From positions 166,222,001 to 166,286,000 of the forward strand of contig OX597817.1 of assembly GCA_951406725.2 (NCBI GenBank): a stretch of 64,000 bases of DNA, in the 5' to 3' direction. Both the position numbers and the translations under genes were made by a program. The stretch's first letter is position 1, and each line of letters opens with the position of its first letter. Shown piece by piece: positions 14,801 through 30,156 of this stretch. Under the pieces are notes generated by a model. The model was not told where the DNA came from, searched no databases, and saw nothing but the letters and a program-made list of their open reading frames with translations. The stretch is from Octopus vulgaris. Taxonomy: Eukaryota.

Positions 14801-14801
14801 T

Positions 14802-14881
<80 letters not shown>

Positions 14882-14909
14882 TAATAATCTGAAATTTTGG
14901 GGGAAATCT

Positions 14910-16366
14910 GAAAAACAGATAGATTCCTTAACCAAAACAGTTCAGAAGTGTAGTAGGGACATCGGTATGGAATTTGGGATTACCAAATGCTCAGTACTTA
15001 ATATGAAAAGAAGGAAGAGACCAGCCTGCAGAGAATTGCGGTTACTATCAGGAGAGACCATGGGTGAACCCAACGATAGTGGGTATAGATATTTAGGGAT
15101 TTTGGAGCTGGATGACATTCTACATACAGAATTGAAAGTCAAGGTCAACGAGGCGTATCAAAAAAGGGTGAAGATGGTGTTGAAATCCAACCCGAATGCC
15201 AAAAGTTTGATTACCGCAATGAATATCTGGGCATTTGCTACGGTCATATATAGCGCATCCATCCTCAAATGGACTAACGAGGAAATATCAATACTGGATA
15301 GAAGGACGAGAAAGTTAATGACACTGCATGAGGCGCTACACTGTAAAGCAAACATAAACAGACTGTATATGAAAAGAAAGAGTGGTGGTAGAAGACTAAT
15401 TAGTAGAGACCATTGTATAAGGAGTGAAAGGAGAACGCTTGCCGAGTATTTGATAAAGAGTGATGAAAACCTGCTGCAATATGCCGCGAAATATATGGAT
15501 GTAAATGCAGATGAAATGATTGGCAAAGAACTGAGGAGAAGAGAAAAGAAGACCTTCTTGAAATGAGAATGCACGGACAATTTGAAAGGAATACGCAAGA
15601 CATTAAGTATAATACAGCATCGTGGGCATGGGTTGACGGGGTGATTTGAAGCGTACCACCGAAAGCCTGATCATCGCTGCTCAAGACCAGGCTCTTGTTA
15701 CCAATTCAGGGAAGTATAACATCTATAAAACTTCTGACACTCAGAAATGCAGACTCTGTACAAAGAGTGTGGAAAATTGACCCACTTGGTAAGTGGATGT
15801 GAAAGCCTTGCACAAAAAGAATGCAAGCGCCGTATCTTCATTGGCTCTTATGCCGTAAGTACCAATACAAAGTAACAGAGAACTGGTATGGGCATGTACC
15901 AAGTAAAGTTATGCAGGAGGATGGAAAAGTAACAATATTCTGGAACTATGATTTTCAAACGGACCGTGTAATCGATCACTGTCGGCTGGATTATTATCAT
16001 ATTGAATAAGAGAGACAAATACTGTCAGATCATTGATGTAACCATACCAAACGACATGAATGTTGTGAGTAAAGAGGTCGAAAAAAATACCAAGTACTTC
16101 GAATTGAAAGTGGAAATGTCGAGAGTGTATGGAATGCGAGAGAGTAATGTAAAAGTCATACCAGTGGTGATCAGAGCGTTGGGCTCAATCCCACCGAAAC
16201 TTCAAAACTTCTTAAGGCAACTGGAAATCACAGGCAAGATTAACATCGTGCAAAATGGAGCCTTATTGGGCACAGCGGACATCTTAAGGGAAAGTATTAT
16301 CTGTCTAAGGTCCTTTTTCTGACTTGACAGATTCCGGTGCATTTTTACTTACACTGTGTTACGAAG

Positions 16367-16368
<2 letters not shown>
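14910..16368 (+). mobile_element. R4/Dong-type RLE element, 5'-truncated (RT C-terminus, CCHC knuckle, RLE; pseudogene)
   Basis: DIGMEFGITKC, YRYLGILE, RLYMKRKSGGR, AAQDQAL, CRLC...H..SGC, IIDVTIP.D.NV..KE.EK..KY and ALLGTADILR; flanked by (TAA)n. Confidence 0.95.
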
Positions 16369-16433
<65 letters not shown>

Positions 16434-16469
16434 TATTATTATTATTATTATTATTATTATAATAACAAT

Positions 16470-16784
<315 letters not shown>

Positions 16785-16795
16785 TGATGATGATG

Positions 16796-17304
16796 AACTG
16801 ACAGAGAAAAAATTGGTACGACCACAAACCTGAAGGCATTATCGAAAATAGAAATGCAAAGATCCTAGGGGGTTTTATAATTCAGTGCGACCATGAGTAG
16901 AGAATAGAAAGCCAGACATAGTCTTAATTAAGAAAGAAAACAAACTATACTGGATCATAGATATAGCATGCCCAGCTGACAAGGTATGTGATAAGGAAGG
17001 AAGAAAAGTTGTGAGATATGACATGTTAGCCTGAGAAGTTAAACAGTTGTGGTCGATGAAAAAGGTAGCTGTAGTACCAAAAATTGTCGGAGCCCTGGGA
17101 ACAATGAGCAAAAATCTTGAGAAGTACATGGAACAAATAGGGGCTGCAATAAGGATGGAGCACTTGCAGAAAACAGCACTGCTTGGAACCGCTGGAATAC
17201 TCCGGAAGGTGCTCGAAAAATAAATAAGAGGTGTTACCTTAGTTCACTGGTAGTGAACAGCTGACTCTGTAGTACATCTCCAGCGTTGGAAGCTGTGCAA
17301 AGGC
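16796..17304 (+). mobile_element. R4/Dong-type RLE element, 3' fragment (third subfamily)
   Basis: NWYDHKPEGIIEN, RKPDIVL, IIDIACPAD, IVGALG, LQKTALLGTAGILRKVLEK*, a short 3' UTR, then (AAT)n. Confidence 0.92.
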
Positions 17305-17373
17305 AATAATATTAACAACAACAACAACAATAATAATGATAATAATAATATTAATAATGATAATAATAAAATT

Positions 17374-17405
<32 letters not shown>

Positions 17406-17433
17406 TATAATAACAACAACAACAACAACAATG

Positions 17434-17472
<39 letters not shown>

Positions 17473-17520
17473 TTAATAATAATAATAATGATGATAATAA
17501 TGATAATAATAATAATTATT
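17305..17520. repeat. (AAT)/(AAC)/(GAT)n microsatellite
   Basis: Direct reading. Confidence 0.95.
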
Positions 17521-18084
17521 ATTTCTACTAAAGATGCAAGACTTGAAATTTTGTAGGAGAGTGCTCCTCGAAGACATTGACCCCAAGGCTTAACTGGTAC
17601 TCATTTTATCGATCCTGAGAGGATGATTAGCAGAGTCAACCTCATAATGTATTGGGTTAGAAAAAATACTACAATGCATTTTGATCGGTATGCTAACAAG
17701 TCTGCCAACACGACGTGAAACCTCTAATAATGGTTCCTGATTTAGACATAATTTCAACGATGTGGCGGGAAGCAGGTAAGTCGACACCATTGAACTCTGT
17801 ACATGACTGGTATTACATTTTACCGACCCTGGAAAAATGAATAGCAAAGCTGACGTTGGTAGAAATTGGTCTCACAACGTAGAGAGCTGGAACCAGTACT
17901 GAAACCCTCTTTGTCTGATGCCCTAAATAATGGCTTTTGATTTTTGCACAAAGCCAGCAATTTCGAAAGGAAAGAGGTAATTCGATAATGAACCACAGTC
18001 GGCGGGATTTGAACTCAGGACGAAAAGATAAGTGGAATAAATTCCGGCACGCATATTATTTTTTTCCGACGCTTTAATGATTCT

Positions 18085-18694
18085 TATTTCTTTACTACCC
18101 ACAAGGGGCTAAACATGGAGGGGACAAACAAGGACATACAAAGGGATTAAGTCGATTATATCGACCCCAGTGCATAACTGGTTCTTAATTTATCGATCCC
18201 GAAAGGATGAAAGGCAAAGTCGACCTCGGCGGAATTTGAACTCAGAACGTAGCGGAAGATGAAATACCTATTTCTTTACTACCCACAAGGGGCTAAACAC
18301 AGAGGAAACAAACAAGGATAGACAAACGGATTAAGTCGATTATATCGACCCCAGTGCGTAACTGGTACTTAATTTATCGACTCCGAAGGGATGAAAGGCA
18401 AAGTCGACCTCGGCGGAATTTGAACTCAGAACGTACAGACAGAGGAAATACTTTATTTCTATTTCTTTACTGCCCTCAAGGGGCTAAACACAGAGAGGAC
18501 AAACAAGGACTGACAAACGGATTAAGTCGATTATATCGACCCCAGTGCGTAACTGGTACTTAATTTATCGACCTCGAAAGGATGAAAGGCAAAGTCGACC
18601 TCGGCGGAATTTGAACTCAGAACGTAACGGCAGACGAAATACAAGCTACCGCATTTCGCCCGGCGTGCTGACGTTTCTGCCAGCTCGTCGCCTT
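18085..18694 (-). mobile_element. Head-to-tail trimer of SINE B2 inserted in an old B1 head, 18-bp TSD
   Basis: Units start at 18085, 18269 and about 18453; TSD cgacgctttaat(g/t)attct at 18067-18084 and 18695-18712. Confidence 0.93.
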
Positions 18695-19487
18695 CGACGC
18701 TTTAATTATTCTGCCAGCTCACCGCCCCTGGGTCAATTGCAAGGATGCAATTCGTATAAACTGATCCACACCTCCAGAGATAGTCTAGAGACAAAGAAGA
18801 AGCAAAACGCTAATATCAAGTGTTAAACAACTCACAACAGTCATTAAAAAATGCCGAACTGGTTTGGCATGTAACTAGAATGTTGAAAACGGGGCATTTG
18901 TTGGTTGCTCTGTGGATATTACACTTGGGAGATATACACAGAAATAAATATAAACAGCATTAAATACAAACGAGAAAACAAGATAGAATGGAGCGGGGGG
19001 GAAATAGAGATAGGAGTGGAGAGAGAAAGTGAGAGATAGAGAAAACGAAGAAGCGGGAGAGAGAGAGAGAGAGACAGAGAGCAAGAAGGAACGGTAAAGG
19101 AGAAGAGAGATAGAAGGTTATGTTTTGCAAAACTACAAATTCATATATACACTTGCAAGACGACATCTTTTGAAGTTTCTTAATACGATGCCTGATTCAC
19201 TCCGCAAACATTAAACAGCAACAAACTACATCGACGGCAACACTCACAACTACAACGAAAATACAAGGCCCAGTACAGAATAATAACAACAAAACGACAA
19301 CAATTATAGTAACAACAACAACAACAACAACAAGAGCAACAACAACAAAAATAACAATTATAACAGTTACCGTAACAAAGAATGAGTAACGAGTAACATT
19401 TACGAACGAACAAACAAGTCCCCAGAGTTGTCTACCTCTATTTCTTTCTGCGGTTCAAAGAATTTAAAATAGAAGAAAAACTAGGTC

Positions 19488-19537
<50 letters not shown>

Positions 19538-19844
19538 CGCTTTAGTGTACGTGCGTGTACGTGAGCTTGTGTGGTGCGCGTGTGTCTGTATGTATGCTTG
19601 TGTGTGTGTGTGTGTGTATGTGTGTTTTTCTTCGATTTATTTACTTATTTATTTATATACGTATTTTGTGTATTTTGTGGGTTAAATAATTTGCTTTGAG
19701 ATCGAGCTAGTGTTTCACTTTTTCACGGCTGCCTAATTGTGTTAAGTAAAAGACCAGAAGGTGCAGCACCAGACACGCTGCCGTTTCAATTACCAGAAAT
19801 CACTCGAAGATTTCAATACGTGAACTGCACATATATTTTGCAAG

Positions 19845-19985
19845 CAGGGCCGGATTAAGACCCACTGAGGCACTGAACATTTGAAAGCTTTTGGAGCCCC
19901 CGTATATTTGTAATTGAAAATATGAACAATAATAAATCATAAAATAGATATCTATTTTTCAAAATGAAACAAAATTAAGATTGAA
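19845..19985 (+). mobile_element. hAT-like MITE end
   Basis: cagggccggattaag terminus; no partner end seen. Confidence 0.4.
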
Positions 19986-20136
19986 AATAATATTTATATT
20001 TGTATACTTATATCTGACTGGTATTTATCGATTCTGAAACGATAAAAGGCAAAGTTGACCGCGTCGGCATTGAACTCAACGTAAATTCAGAAGGAATACC
20101 GTTTATCCTTTTCTACTCTAGGCATATGGTAATACC

Positions 20137-20553
20137 TATTTCTTTACTACCCACAAGGGGCTAAACACAGGGAGGACAAACAAGGACAGACAAACGGATT
20201 AAGTCGATTATATCAACCCCAGTGCGTAACTGGTACTTATTTAATCGACCCTGAAAGAATGAAAGGCAGAGTCGATCTCGGCGGAATTTGAACTCAGAAC
20301 GTAGCGGCAGACGAAATACCTATTTCTTTATTACCCACAAGGGGCTAAGCATAGAGAAGACAAACAAGGACAGACATAGGTATTAAGTCGATTACATCGA
20401 CCGCAGTGCGTAACTGGTACTTAATTTATCGACCCCGAAGGAATGAAAGGCAAAGTCGACCTCGGCAGAATTAGAACTCAGAACGTAGCAACAGACGAAA
20501 TACAGCTACGCATTTCGCCCGGCGTGCTAACGTTTCTGCCAGCTCGCCGCCTT
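20137..20553 (-). mobile_element. SINE B2 dimer
   Basis: Units start at 20137 and 20321, both after aatacc; gtaatacc is repeated on the right flank. Confidence 0.92.
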
Positions 20554-20984
20554 AATTCGGAAGTAATACCATTTATCATTTCGCCAGGCAAGGTAACGAT
20601 TCTCACCGACTTCTTGTTATATATAATCGTTTCTACCATAAATACAAGACCTGAAATTTGGGGATAGGGGACTAGTCGATTACATCGACTCCAATGCCCA
20701 TCTGGTACTTATTTCATCGATCTTGAAGGATAAAAAGGTAAAGTCAACCTCAGAACGTAAATACAGACGAAATACCGGTTTCAGCCAGCACGACACCTTC
20801 TTTAATTTATATATAATAAGAAGAATGCCACAAATATACATTTCGTTTTGGTCAGAGACGACGAAATCAAATGTATTTTGCCAAACTCACTTATCGATAA
20901 AAACAACGGAACATTGAGCTTTGAATTCCTTTTACGATGTGGCCTGACCTTGTTTCTAAGAACTAGTAACCCCTGGGATACATA

Positions 20985-21028
20985 TGTGTGTGTGTATGCG
21001 TATATGTGTACATGCAACAAACATGTAG

Positions 21029-21078
<50 letters not shown>

Positions 21079-21116
21079 TTATATGTATATATATATATAT
21101 ATATAAATATTATATG

Positions 21117-21172
<56 letters not shown>

Positions 21173-21199
21173 CATACATACATACACACACATACACAG

Positions 21200-21253
<54 letters not shown>

Positions 21254-21319
21254 TTATATATACATACATATATACATATATATGCATATATATATACATA
21301 CATACATACATACATATAC

Positions 21320-21363
<44 letters not shown>

Positions 21364-21449
21364 AGACACATACAACTCTCACATGTAAACATACACACAG
21401 AGACAGACAGACAGAAAGATAGACAGGACAGACAGACAGGCAGATAGAC

Positions 21450-21526
<77 letters not shown>
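20985..21526. repeat. Compound (TA)/(CA)/(GATA)n microsatellite
   Basis: Direct reading. Confidence 0.95.
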
Positions 21527-21723
21527 CGTGCACTCTCAATACCTTTATTCGACGCAAAATCCCCCCACAAATACACACACGGAATACATAAACACACAAA
21601 CTCACATACACACAATTCCAGCGAACGAAGACTAGTTTGAGAAATTCTAAGTACTTATGGGGGGAAAAATCAGGATTGTTTTTGACATTTAAAATAATGT
21701 TCAAAATGTTTAGTCTTATCTCA

Positions 21724-21774
<51 letters not shown>

Positions 21775-22104
21775 TTTACATTCTCTTTCTTTCTCTCTCC
21801 CTCTCTCACACTCTCACTCTCTGTCTTTCCTTCTTTCTTTCTTCCCATACACGCACTCGTAATTATCCCTCTCTATCTCTTTCTTTCTCTCGCTCTGTCT
21901 CTCTTACTCTATGGCACTCATCCAAGCCGCATAGAATTGTCAGCCTCCTGATCCAATTTAAGGCTGCTGTTGTATATCTATTAGTGTCAAGAGTACATCG
22001 CATATACTCAGTACTATTCTTCTCACTGCTGGATTACTCTATGAGTATGAGACTGTAACAGTATAAATGTGTGTGTGTGTGTGTCTGTCTATTAAACAGA
22101 AAGC

Positions 22105-22196
<92 letters not shown>

Positions 22197-22332
22197 TTGT
22201 CTGTCTGTCTACTACACACTCTCTCTATATGTATGTATAGGATATATATGACAATTTCATTCTGGTTATTCTCCTAGTTTATAATTATAGGGTATAATAG
22301 ATAGATAGACAGATAGATATATATATAGATAA

Positions 22333-22376
<44 letters not shown>

Positions 22377-22449
22377 TTAGTTAGATATGCGAGTGTGTGT
22401 ACGTGCGTATGTATGTGCTTGCATGTATGTGTGTATGTGTGTGTATGGA

Positions 22450-22482
<33 letters not shown>

Positions 22483-22534
22483 GGGTGAAGGCTGTCTCCT
22501 CGTAACCGAGGAAGCCAATCGCTGACACCAAGAA

Positions 22535-23422
22535 CACTGCATTCAGACCAAGGTCCATATGGCCCCTTATGATCCATATAAGATTTTGGTGGGGTCCAAA
22601 ACAAAATAGTAAATGAGAGATTCACAATAGTATTTTAAAGGCCCCCGAAAAAATAGTTTGCTTTAGATGTATGTATTGCTATGTATTGCAAGAAACAGCT
22701 AGGCTTCTATCTCTAACATGTTACATAGTTCAACCTACATAAATTAATCCCTTTTTACTATAGGCACAAGACCTGAAATGGGGGGAGGGGACTAGTCGAT
22801 TACATCGACCGCAGTGTTAAACTGGTACTTAATTTATCGACACCGGAAAGTACGAAAGGCAAAGTCGACCTCGGCGGAATTTGAACTCAGAACGCAACGG
22901 CAGACGAAATACCTATTTCTTTACTACCCACAAGGGGGTAAACACAGAGAGGACAAACAAGGACAGACAAACGGATTAAGTCGATTATACCGACCCCAGT
23001 GTGTAACTGACACTTCTGTAGCGGCAGAAGAAATACCTATTTCTTTATTACCCACAAGGGGCTAAACATAGATGAGACAAACAAGGACATACATAGGTAT
23101 TAAGTCGATTCCATCGACCCCAGTGCGTAACTGGTACTTAATTTATCGACCCCAAATGGATGAAAGGCAAAGTCGACCTCGGCGGAATTTGAACTCAGAA
23201 TGTAGCGACAGACGAAATACTACTGAGCATTTCGTCCGGCGTGCTAACGATTCTGCCAGCTCACTGTCTTACCTATATAAATCAATGTGTGAAAAACAAA
23301 TTCGGGATTTTGAAAGAAGTTTCTATAAAACTAGTTTTTAAACATAGGTGGGGGTGAGGGGGTCCATCAAAATAGAATAGTAATCAAATGGGTTCATAGA
23401 TAAAGATGGTTGAAAACCACCC
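22535..23422. mobile_element. Decayed hAT-like MITE carrying a nested SINE array
   Basis: Right end ggttgaaaaccac and subterminal ggggtcca motifs on both sides of the SINE array. Confidence 0.4.
22747..23270 (-). mobile_element. B1 body plus two nested B2 units
   Basis: B1 tail at 22747-22800; B2 tails begin at 22914 and 23038, both after aaatacc. Confidence 0.9.
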
Positions 23423-23697
23423 ATTTCTATGAAAACAAAGCTAACACCATCGAGATTGGAACACATATTGCACAGAGCTGGAACGAATAACGTTCTAGCG
23501 ATAGTGCCAGCCTGCTTTATTTGCATTATATAAACCGCAGAACAGGTAAATTAATTAATTTCTATATCAGAAACTATTTTACGCTTTGTTTCTGAATCAA
23601 TATTGGTGTTAAAATCTCTTGAGAGTCACAATTGCTGCGATCCTTCTGTTTTTAGTTCCACGCGATTTTAGGGCTGCAATCCGAAAAGTTGCACACA

Positions 23698-23775
<78 letters not shown>

Positions 23776-23909
23776 AATGCGTGTGTGTATATATATATAT
23801 ATTTATATATAGACACACACACTCAGTTATATATACACATACATATGTGTATACATGTACGTTAGTGTACATATGTGTATGCATTTGTATATATGTGTAT
23901 GAAATGCGT

Positions 23910-24320
23910 AAACATACATACATACATGCATACATACATGCTTACATACATACATACATACATGCATACATGCATACATGCATACATACATACATACATA
24001 CATATATGCTTACATACATACATACATACTTACATACATGCTTACATACATACATACATACATACATGCATGCATGCATGCATACATACATACATACATA
24101 CATACACACATACATACATGCATGCATACATACATGCATGCATACATACATGCATGCATACATACATACACACACATACATACATACATACATACATACA
24201 TACATACATACATACATACATACATGCATACATATATGCTTACTTACGTATATACATACATACATACATACATACATAATACATACATACATACATACAT
24301 ACATATGCATGTATGTATAC
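23910..24320. repeat. (TACA)/(TGCA)n microsatellite
   Basis: Direct reading. Confidence 0.95.
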
Positions 24321-24513
24321 ACATCATGTCTGTTGAGGATCGCTAATATACACACGGGGGCCTGCTTGAATCACGCTCTATCACAGCATGTAATGAGTAC
24401 TTCGGTCGCAGAGCACGTTTGCTTTCTCGGGGAGTTGAAATACCAGAATTATTGTCGAGTAGAACTAAAAATATGCTTGTGTTTACGATTTATTAATATT
24501 AATTCATACAAGT

Positions 24514-24695
24514 AAGTCGGCGAGCTGGCAGAATTGTTAGCACGCCAGGCAAAATATTTAGACGCATTTCGTCTGTCTACGTTTTGGGTTCAAATTCTGC
24601 CGAGGTCGACTTTGTCTCACATATTTCCGCAGTCGATAAAATGCTCATCAGTTGAATACTGGGGGCCGGTGAAACCGACTTAAACCCTCTCTCAA
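24514..24695 (+). mobile_element. SINE B (plus strand), diverged
   Basis: gtcggcgagctggcagaattgttagcacgcc...ttcaaattctgccgaggtcgactttg. Confidence 0.85.
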
Positions 24696-24723
24696 ACGAA
24701 AGTTCATATAGTCTACTCTTATA

Positions 24724-25118
24724 TTGGGTTGTCCGGCAAGTTCGTGCCGATTTATAGTAGCTTACCTTTCGACTTATTTTAGAATATGGTTGAGTCCATA
24801 AAATAGGATTTGACTACGCCGCCATTTAGAGCAAGTTTAAGCTATCTTATCGTGGAAGAAGGTTTATGTTCCTGTAACCTGTTTTAATAATTCTGTAACC
24901 CTTTAAAATGGAAGATAAGAAAGCTAATTTTCGGCACTTGATGCTTTGGGAACCAAACAAAAATTGCTGCAGCTCGGCTGGGATCTGTTACCCCACCCTC
25001 CATATTCACCAGATATTGCTCCTTCGGATTTCCACTTATTTAGGTCTCTGGTAAAAATTCCAATACCTTGGATGACGTAAAAAGATACCTTGATGAATTC
25101 TTTGCCCTGAAACCACCT
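24724..25118 (+). mobile_element. Internally deleted mariner (DD34D type)
   Basis: TA|ttgggttgtccgg terminus; the start MEDKKANFRHLMLW is fused directly to KLLQLGWDLLPHPPYSPDIAPSDFHLFRSL. Confidence 0.88.
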
Positions 25119-25564
25119 TATATAAACACACACACACATATAAACTGATATATGTACGTCTACGTACGCATGTATACAATGTATGCATGTATACAAGTAT
25201 AAATACACACACACACACATACACACGTATTTATAATTGTTATCAGAAAGAAGATTGATTAGAAATTCTCTCACAATGTAGAGGTTTGGACTTAGAAGTG
25301 CTTATGAGTAACTTGAGACGAAAGATACAAATATGTAATGTGAAGAAACAAAAGACCTGGAAATTCAATCCGTAAACACGACTCCGATTAGAGATAGATT
25401 TAAAGGACAATGGTACATGATAGAATAAAAATATATAAATATAACGACATTTTTTTTTAATCTATAAAGAAATATATTAAATATATAATATATGTGTAAA
25501 TTGATATTGTTTCTACAGACAAACACACACACTTTCGTATGTGTATATATCTGTGTGTGTGTGT

Positions 25565-25820
25565 GGAGGCACGTGAGTTAGTGGTTACGGTGTCAGCAGC
25601 ATGATCGTAAGATTGTGGTTTCGATTCCTGGATCGGGCGACGCGTTGCGTTCTTGAGCAAAACACTTCATTTCACGTTGCTCCAGTCCACTCAGCTGGCA
25701 AAAAGGAGTAACGCTGCGATGAACTGGCGTCCAGTCCAGCTGGAGAACACATACGCCATTGAAACTAGGAAACCGGGCCCATGAGCCTGGGTAGGCTTTA
25801 AAAGGGTGCATTTATTTATT
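25565..25820 (+). mobile_element. tRNA-headed SINE family D
   Basis: A/B boxes (agttagtggttac; gtttcgattcc), central ttcttgagcaaaacacttcatttcacgttgctccagtccactcagctgg, and a (ttta)n tail. Confidence 0.85.
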
Positions 25821-25837
25821 ACATATATATATATATA

Positions 25838-26343
<506 letters not shown>

Positions 26344-26636
26344 AATTAAAATGGAGGACAAGAGATGGAACGAACCGACGAATCGAAAACGAACCCGACG
26401 CGAGGTGCTGTCAGACAATAATGTAATAATTAAAATATATGCATATATACAAACATATATGTACGTATTAACATCTACATGTATATATACATGCATATAT
26501 AAATAAACATACGTGAGTACAGGACACCACAACATGACGTAGAAACGGGAAAAACGTAAAATTATAACAGGAAAATAAGGAAAAGTCCCCGGTCATCAGC
26601 TGTCGCTAGTTAGACTCAAGCGTGTTTCGAAGGCGA

Positions 26637-26713
<77 letters not shown>

Positions 26714-26716
<3 letters not shown>

Positions 26717-26896
26717 GGAGTAAACACATAAATGTGAAACAAGGTGGATAAAAGAGTACTCAAATACCAGTGGTAAACTAATATGCTTTATTTAAAGCAG
26801 CAGAAAATTCAACAAAACCTGTTACTCTGAGTTTCCCGTTGCCGTTCATCGGACAGTTTTTGCTAGAATTTTCTGCTGCTTTAAATAAAGTACATA
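26714..26896. mobile_element. (TA)n-embedded Penelope-like terminus with inverted arm and hammerhead
   Basis: tttatttaaagcagcagaaaattc is inverted at 26866-26889; same family as 58622-58948. Confidence 0.75.
26819..26856 (-). ncRNA. Minimal type I hammerhead ribozyme motif (variant core)
   Basis: Reverse complement: ctgt-CCGATGA-acg gcaa cgg-GAAA-ctc a gag-TA-acag. Stems I and III pair; U4>C and one stem II mismatch. Confidence 0.7.
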
Positions 26897-27765
26897 TATA
26901 CATACATAAGGATTCTCTCTATTCTACATTCTCGATTTCTCTGTTTGTCACCGTCAGCCCCGCTCTCTCTCTCTCTCTCGTTCTCTCTCTCTCTCGTTAC
27001 TTCTTTCGGTCTCTTTTCTACTGAACGTGACGTATAAACTGTATCTTCATTAGTCTACCTTCATTCGCAAGAGACAACAACAAGAACAACAACAACATCA
27101 TCGACAACGGCAAGAACAACAACTGTAACTCCAGCAATAGCAACAACGACACAAATTTAAAAAAAAAACAAAAAACAATAGCAACAATCACAACAACAGC
27201 AATTTCAACCAAACGACACCACAAAAAAAAAAAGTTCTATTTGTCTTAAAACTAATAAACAGAAATCTCTAACACAAACTTTTGACGTTACTGAAGAACA
27301 AGGCAAAACGAAAAAAAAAAAGACTCATAAAAAAATAAAATAAAAACAGAAAAGAATGAGGGGTGGGGACAGGATAAGGTTTGCAGAGTTATTTTATCCC
27401 CTTATTTTATTTTATTTATTTTTTGCTGCCTCACCCTTCCACCCGCGCCCGTATACGACGTTTCACCTGTTTTGTTATCTTTATAGCAGAATGGGTTGGA
27501 GTTGTTCTTTTTTTAATGGACGATTCCTAAGGGCAAGGATTTCTTTTTTTTTTTTGAGTGGAAGGTAAGGTTGAATTTGAGGGGATGGAGAGGGTAGAAC
27601 AGTGGCGGTTGTTGCCGTTCTTGTTATTGAGTGAGATGTGGCGGAGCTGAGAGGATCAGAAGTAGAGAAGTGGAGGAGAGATAGTATAGGTTTAACCCTT
27701 TTGGCACGAAAGCAGATTAATTTGTGTAAGCATAAAATTAATGTGTATATGCTAGTATGCAAATG

Positions 27766-27872
<107 letters not shown>

Positions 27873-27873
27873 A

Positions 27874-27956
27874 GGCGCAGGAGTGGCTGCGTGGTAAGTA
27901 GCTTGCTAACCAACCACATGGTTCCGGGCTCAGTCCCACTCTGTGGCATCTTGGGC
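27874..27956 (+). mobile_element. SINE A head only, followed by A22
   Basis: ggcgcaggagtggctgcgtgg...tgtggcatcttgggc, then poly(A). Confidence 0.9.
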
Positions 27957-27978
27957 AAAAAAAAAAAAAAAAAAAAAA

Positions 27979-28629
<651 letters not shown>

Positions 28630-28630
28630 A

Positions 28631-29032
28631 GGCGCAGGAGTGGCTGCGTGGTAAGTAGCTTGCAAACCAACCACATGGTTCCGGGTTCAGTCCCACTGTG
28701 TGGCATCTTGGGCAAGTGTCTTCTGCTATAGCCCCGGGCCGACCAATGCCTTGTGAGTGGATTTGGTAGACGGAAACTGAAAAGAAGCCTGTCGTATATA
28801 TGTGTGTGTATGTGTTTGTGTGTCTGTGTTTGTCTCCTAGCATTGCTTGACAACCGATGCTGGTGTGTTTACGTCCCCATCACTTAGCGGTTCGGCAAAA
28901 GAGACCGATAGAATAAGTACTGGGCTTACAAAGAATAAGTCTCGGGGTCGATGTGCTCGACTAAAGGCTGTGCTCCAGCATGGCCGCAGTCAAATGACTG
29001 AAACAAGTAAAAGAGTAAAAAAGAGTAAGAGT
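28631..29032 (+). mobile_element. SINE family A, full length
   Basis: tRNA-like head with A/B boxes, internal (TA)(TG)n, and tail gactgaaacaagt(aaaagagt)n. Confidence 0.95.
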
Positions 29033-29052
29033 ATATATATATATATATATAT

Positions 29053-29112
<60 letters not shown>

Positions 29113-29113
<1 letters not shown>

Positions 29114-29427
29114 TGATAGAAATGGCAAAACAACAAAAGAATGAATGAGACCTCGATATTATGTAAATAAAGGAATTTATCTGGTAAATATAATATGTGA
29201 CAATTATTCGGTAGCCATGGTAAAACTCCGAATTTCGGATGTTGGGGCAGAAACCCACGTTGGCATCTCTTCAGTTATCAGGCCATCGAAAAAAATGCTA
29301 TGAAAAAAAATCATTTCTTTTTATAGCATCTTTTTCGATGGCCCGATAACTGAAGAGATGCCGGCGTGGGTTTCCGCCCCGACATTCGAAACTCGGAGTT
29401 TTATCATGGCTACCGAATATTTGTCAC

Positions 29428-29436
<9 letters not shown>
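29113..29436. mobile_element. Microsatellite-embedded Penelope-like insert with two inverted hammerhead-bearing arms
   Basis: Arms at about 29188-29301 and about 29323-29436 are reverse complements. Confidence 0.8.
29345..29405 (+). ncRNA. Type I hammerhead ribozyme motif (mirror copy at 29219-29279, minus strand)
   Basis: gataa-CTGAAGA-gatg...cattc-GAAA-ctc g gag-TT-ttatc; stem I gataa/ttatc and stem III ctc/gag. Confidence 0.75.
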
Positions 29437-29484
<48 letters not shown>

Positions 29485-29779
29485 TTAATTAATAAGGGTG
29501 ATAGAATTAGATACTAATTTAATAGTATCCCGATTCAACACCAAGTGGCTCAGTGCACAGAGAATTTCATGGGAAACATTTATTTTGTGGTTGAAACCTA
29601 TTGGATCTATTTCTAGTGCTAGAGTGAGCCACATAGTGACCACTCTCTTATATTTACTTATATATATATATATATATATATTTATACATATTTACATTCA
29701 TATAAACATGCATGCACACACAAGTATATTCTGTTATTCTTTTAGTCATTTGATTGCGGCCATTCTGGAGCAGCTCCAT

Positions 29780-30156
29780 ACTCTTTACTCTCTTTTACTC
29801 TTTTACTTGTTTCAGTCATTTGACTGCGGCCATGCTGGAGCACCACCTTTTAGTACTTATTCTATCGGTCTCTTTTGCCGAACCGCTAAGTGACGGGGAC
29901 GTAAACACACCAGCATCGGTTGTCAAGCAATGCTAGGGGGACAAATACAGACACACAAACATACACACACACACATATATATATATATACATATATACGA
30001 CGGGCTTCTTTCAGTTTCCGTCTACCAAATCCACTCACAAGGCATTGGTCGGCCCGGGGCTATAGCAGAAGACACTTGCCCAAGATGCCACGCAGTGGGA
30101 CTGAACCCGGAACCATGAGGTTGGTTAGCAAGCTACTTACCACACAGCCACTCCTG
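29780..30156 (-). mobile_element. SINE A with internal deletion, nested in an older SINE A (remnants at 29733-29775 and 30180-30310)
   Basis: Reverse-complement match to 28631-29032; older tail and body pieces lie on either side. Confidence 0.88.

Noticed and set aside
18085-18694. CRISPR-like or satellite interpretation of the repeated units
   Set aside because: The units are about 185-bp SINE bodies without unique spacers, in a eukaryotic context.
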